Positions 62,035-64,000 of a stretch of DNA of 64,000 nt are shown piece by piece. Below the pieces are notes generated by a model. It ran no database searches. It worked only from the letters and a program-made list of their open reading frames with translations, and was not told where the DNA came from. Every line of letters starts with the position of its first letter. The first letter of the stretch is position 1. A program made the translations under genes and the position numbers. The DNA lies in sequence record LC739539.1. One strand, 5' to 3'. The stretch is from Escherichia phage phiWec190.

Positions 62035-62237
62035 GTTTTCAAACTTTCTTTAATCTGTTATTGATGTTGGTCTTTTTTGGATTTCTGATCCTCTTTGCTA
62101 ATGCGGTATCAGACGTGCAGAATGAGCAGATAGCCCTTAAAGAACAATGCACCGTTTGGAAACAGGAAAAAGATGCCAATAAATTCCTTGACAATAACTG
62201 CTTCAAGTTTGTAAAATGGAATCCTGATAACGATTGA
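62031..62237 (+). CDS. small protein with N-terminal membrane anchor
   Basis: Track ORF trimmed to MSFQTFFNLLLMLVFFGFLILFANA... Confidence 0.4.
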   Translation: MSFQTFFNLLLMLVFFGFLILFANAVSDVQNEQIALKEQCTVWKQEKDANKFLDNNCFKFVKWNPDND

Positions 62238-62247
62238 GGAGTTGATC

Positions 62248-62922
62248 ATGAAAAAGTTTGTTGTTTACAGCCGTTTGTCTAAACAGAAGAAAGGTGAAGC
62301 CCAGTATGGTATGCAGAGCCAGGAAAACGATATCCGTTATTTCTTGGAATCTGTGCCGGAGGCTGAAGTGATCGGAGAGTTTTCTGAATTTTATTCAGGT
62401 AAAGGCGACTGGAAGCAACGTAAAGAACTTGTCAAGGCTGTTGAGATGTGTAAAGCTACAGGAGCAACGCTTTTGGTAGCTAAAGTGGACCGTTTAGGTC
62501 GTAACAACGCCTCGGTAGCAATCCTCTTGGAAATGATTGACGTTAAGATTGCGATCATGCCGGATGCAGACAAGATGGTTATTCAGCTTCTATCTGTCCT
62601 TGCAGAACAGGAAGTACGTGGTATGGCAGATCGTATCAAAAAAGGTTTGGCAGTAGCTAAGAGCAAAGGTATTCTCTTAGGATCTGCATCTCCAAAATAT
62701 AAAGAGTCTCGTAAAGATTACAGACAATCTCGAAAAAATGATAAAAGCACCTTGTATGCCGAGAAGCTTCGTGATAAAGTTACGTTAATGAGGAAAGCAG
62801 GAGCATCTCTGACTCGAATCGCAGAGATCTTTACTGAAGAGAAAATTGAAACTGTTCGTGGCAGTACCACATGGCACCCTTATACGGTTCAACGTCTGCT
62901 TAACAAACTGAACATTAAATAG
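62248..62922 (+). CDS. serine recombinase (resolvase/invertase family)
   Basis: VVYSRLSKQKKG (Y.R.S..Q with catalytic-Ser position), LLVAKVDRLGRN, LLSVLAEQEVRGMADRIKKGLAVAKSKG, C-terminal HTH-like tail. Confidence 0.75.
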   Translation: MKKFVVYSRLSKQKKGEAQYGMQSQENDIRYFLESVPEAEVIGEFSEFYSGKGDWKQRKELVKAVEMCKATGATLLVAKVDRLGRNNASVAILLEMIDVKIAIMPDADKMVIQLLSVLAEQEVRGMADRIKKGLAVAKSKGILLGSASPKYKESRKDYRQSRKNDKSTLYAEKLRDKVTLMRKAGASLTRIAEIFTEEKIETVRGSTTWHPYTVQRLLNKLNIK

Positions 62923-62930
62923 GAGCTAAA

Positions 62931-63260
62931 ATGACAAAGAACGAAGTGATTATCCAACAATTTCTTAAGGCATGGTTAGCCTGGGCTGAAGTGGCTCCGA
63001 AAAGAGAGAATGTCAAACCCTTCAGCACACTTGTTGGGCTTTGCGACTCTTTGTCTTACTGGTTACTGGAACAAGGGTTTTCATTAAAAGAAATTGACGA
63101 AGTTACCGAAGCATTTGCAGAAATGCTTTTCAAAGATTTCCAAGACACCTTGTACCCATTTGGTGACTTAGCTTATATGCAGGATTATGAGCACGGCACG
63201 CAACATATGAACAAAGAACGGTTGGCATGGGTTAAATCAAAACTGAAAGGGGGTAAATAA
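62931..63260 (+). CDS. family X, member 8 (divergent)
   Basis: FLKAWLAWAEVAP...LVGLCDSL...YPFGD...NKERLAWV. Confidence 0.5.
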   Translation: MTKNEVIIQQFLKAWLAWAEVAPKRENVKPFSTLVGLCDSLSYWLLEQGFSLKEIDEVTEAFAEMLFKDFQDTLYPFGDLAYMQDYEHGTQHMNKERLAWVKSKLKGGK

Positions 63261-63262
63261 CA

Positions 63263-63592
63263 ATGAGTGCAATTCTACAAGAACTCTATTTTAACATTGT
63301 GGTTGTTGCTGTAGCGGTATGTGTCATAGGAAGCATCTACGCCTTAGACCGCACTTTTAAGAAGCGTAACAAACATCAAAAACTCTCCTACAATACGGTT
63401 TTTGTGTACAACTACAGGCCGAGGGAGGGTAAGAGTCTGGGTGTGGGGAATATTGATGTACAATTTACAAATTGGCCTCCCACTCTGGATGATATTCGGG
63501 AAGTAGAGACTCAAATTAACGATACTTATGATTATAACGGTGTAGTTATGATCAACATCCTTCCAGTATCCAAAAACAAGGAGAAAACATGA
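63263..63592 (+). CDS. membrane-anchored hypothetical protein (109 aa)
   Basis: N-terminal TM helix ILQELYFNIVVVAVAVCVIGSIYAL. Confidence 0.45.
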   Translation: MSAILQELYFNIVVVAVAVCVIGSIYALDRTFKKRNKHQKLSYNTVFVYNYRPREGKSLGVGNIDVQFTNWPPTLDDIREVETQINDTYDYNGVVMINILPVSKNKEKT

Positions 63593-63924
63593 CAGAATAT
63601 GGAGTAATGAGTGATTTTGAAATCAACAAGCGTGTGTTTGCAGCAGTCCACGGTGTCAAGCCTTTAGGTTATCCGCACAATGCAGATGGACGATCAGTGG
63701 GAAATGACTGCAACGGCAATTACACTTGGTATGATTACTGCAATGATCCAGCAGATGCTTGGGCTATCATAGTAAAACACAGGATTTGTATCAGTCCTGT
63801 AACAGGGGAAGATGGTTTTCCTCGCGGTTGGCTTGCGAAAACAGAAGGTGTACCGTCCCGTGGAGACGATAAGCCCCTGCGTGCAGCTATGATTGTATTT
63901 TTAATGAAACTCGATCGTTCTTGA
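63589..63924 (+). CDS. hypothetical protein (111 aa), tentatively NinX-like
   Basis: WYDYCNDPADAWAIIVKHRICISPV recalls NinX-type phage proteins; unverified. Confidence 0.4.
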   Translation: MTEYGVMSDFEINKRVFAAVHGVKPLGYPHNADGRSVGNDCNGNYTWYDYCNDPADAWAIIVKHRICISPVTGEDGFPRGWLAKTEGVPSRGDDKPLRAAMIVFLMKLDRS

Positions 63925-63933
63925 GGAGGTAAC

Positions 63934-64000
63934 ATGGACGCATATTCTTTACACGCTTTGGCAGACTCTGTGAACTTTGAGTATATCCAACGAGCAAAAA
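63934..64000 (+). CDS. hypothetical protein, N-terminal fragment (runs off right edge)
   Basis: ATG at 63934 after GAGGAGG RBS; open to window end. Confidence 0.35.
   Translation, partial: MDAYSLHALADSVNFEYIQRAK

Noticed and set aside
62031-62237. Spanin or holin call for the membrane-anchored small protein next to the recombinase
   Set aside because: No adjacent endolysin or lipoprotein partner and no lysis-cassette context in this window.

Overview
This window reads as a tightly packed, moderately AT-rich region of a large virulent tailed phage of a Gram-negative host; all annotation is by eye from the sequence and ORF track, with no database search run, and hand-derived coordinates may be off by 1-3 nt. 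Positions 1-29336 are one leftward (minus-strand) block: a family-A DNA polymerase running off the left edge, a T7 gp4-like primase-helicase, four glycosyltransferase-like genes, and a Ter-type gene set (TerD, vWA, TelA-like, TerC, with Macro, phosphoribosyltransferase, HAD hydrolase, SprT-like protease and a UvrD-like helicase). A back-to-back divergent promoter pair at about 29367-29425 starts a rightward block containing an AAA ATPase and a NADAR-like protein. Positions 35848-47924 hold about 40 very small genes, most with their own sigma70-like promoter followed by a conserved leader stem-loop (about 23 copies, one more upstream of terC). This array is flanked by Fur-box-like palindromes and a 1.5 kb non-coding A+C-skewed region. 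Positions 49463-64000 carry further small genes, including an 8-member paralogous family and a serine recombinase. The strongest candidates for an undescribed system are the phage-borne Ter-type module and the promoter/stem-loop cassette array.
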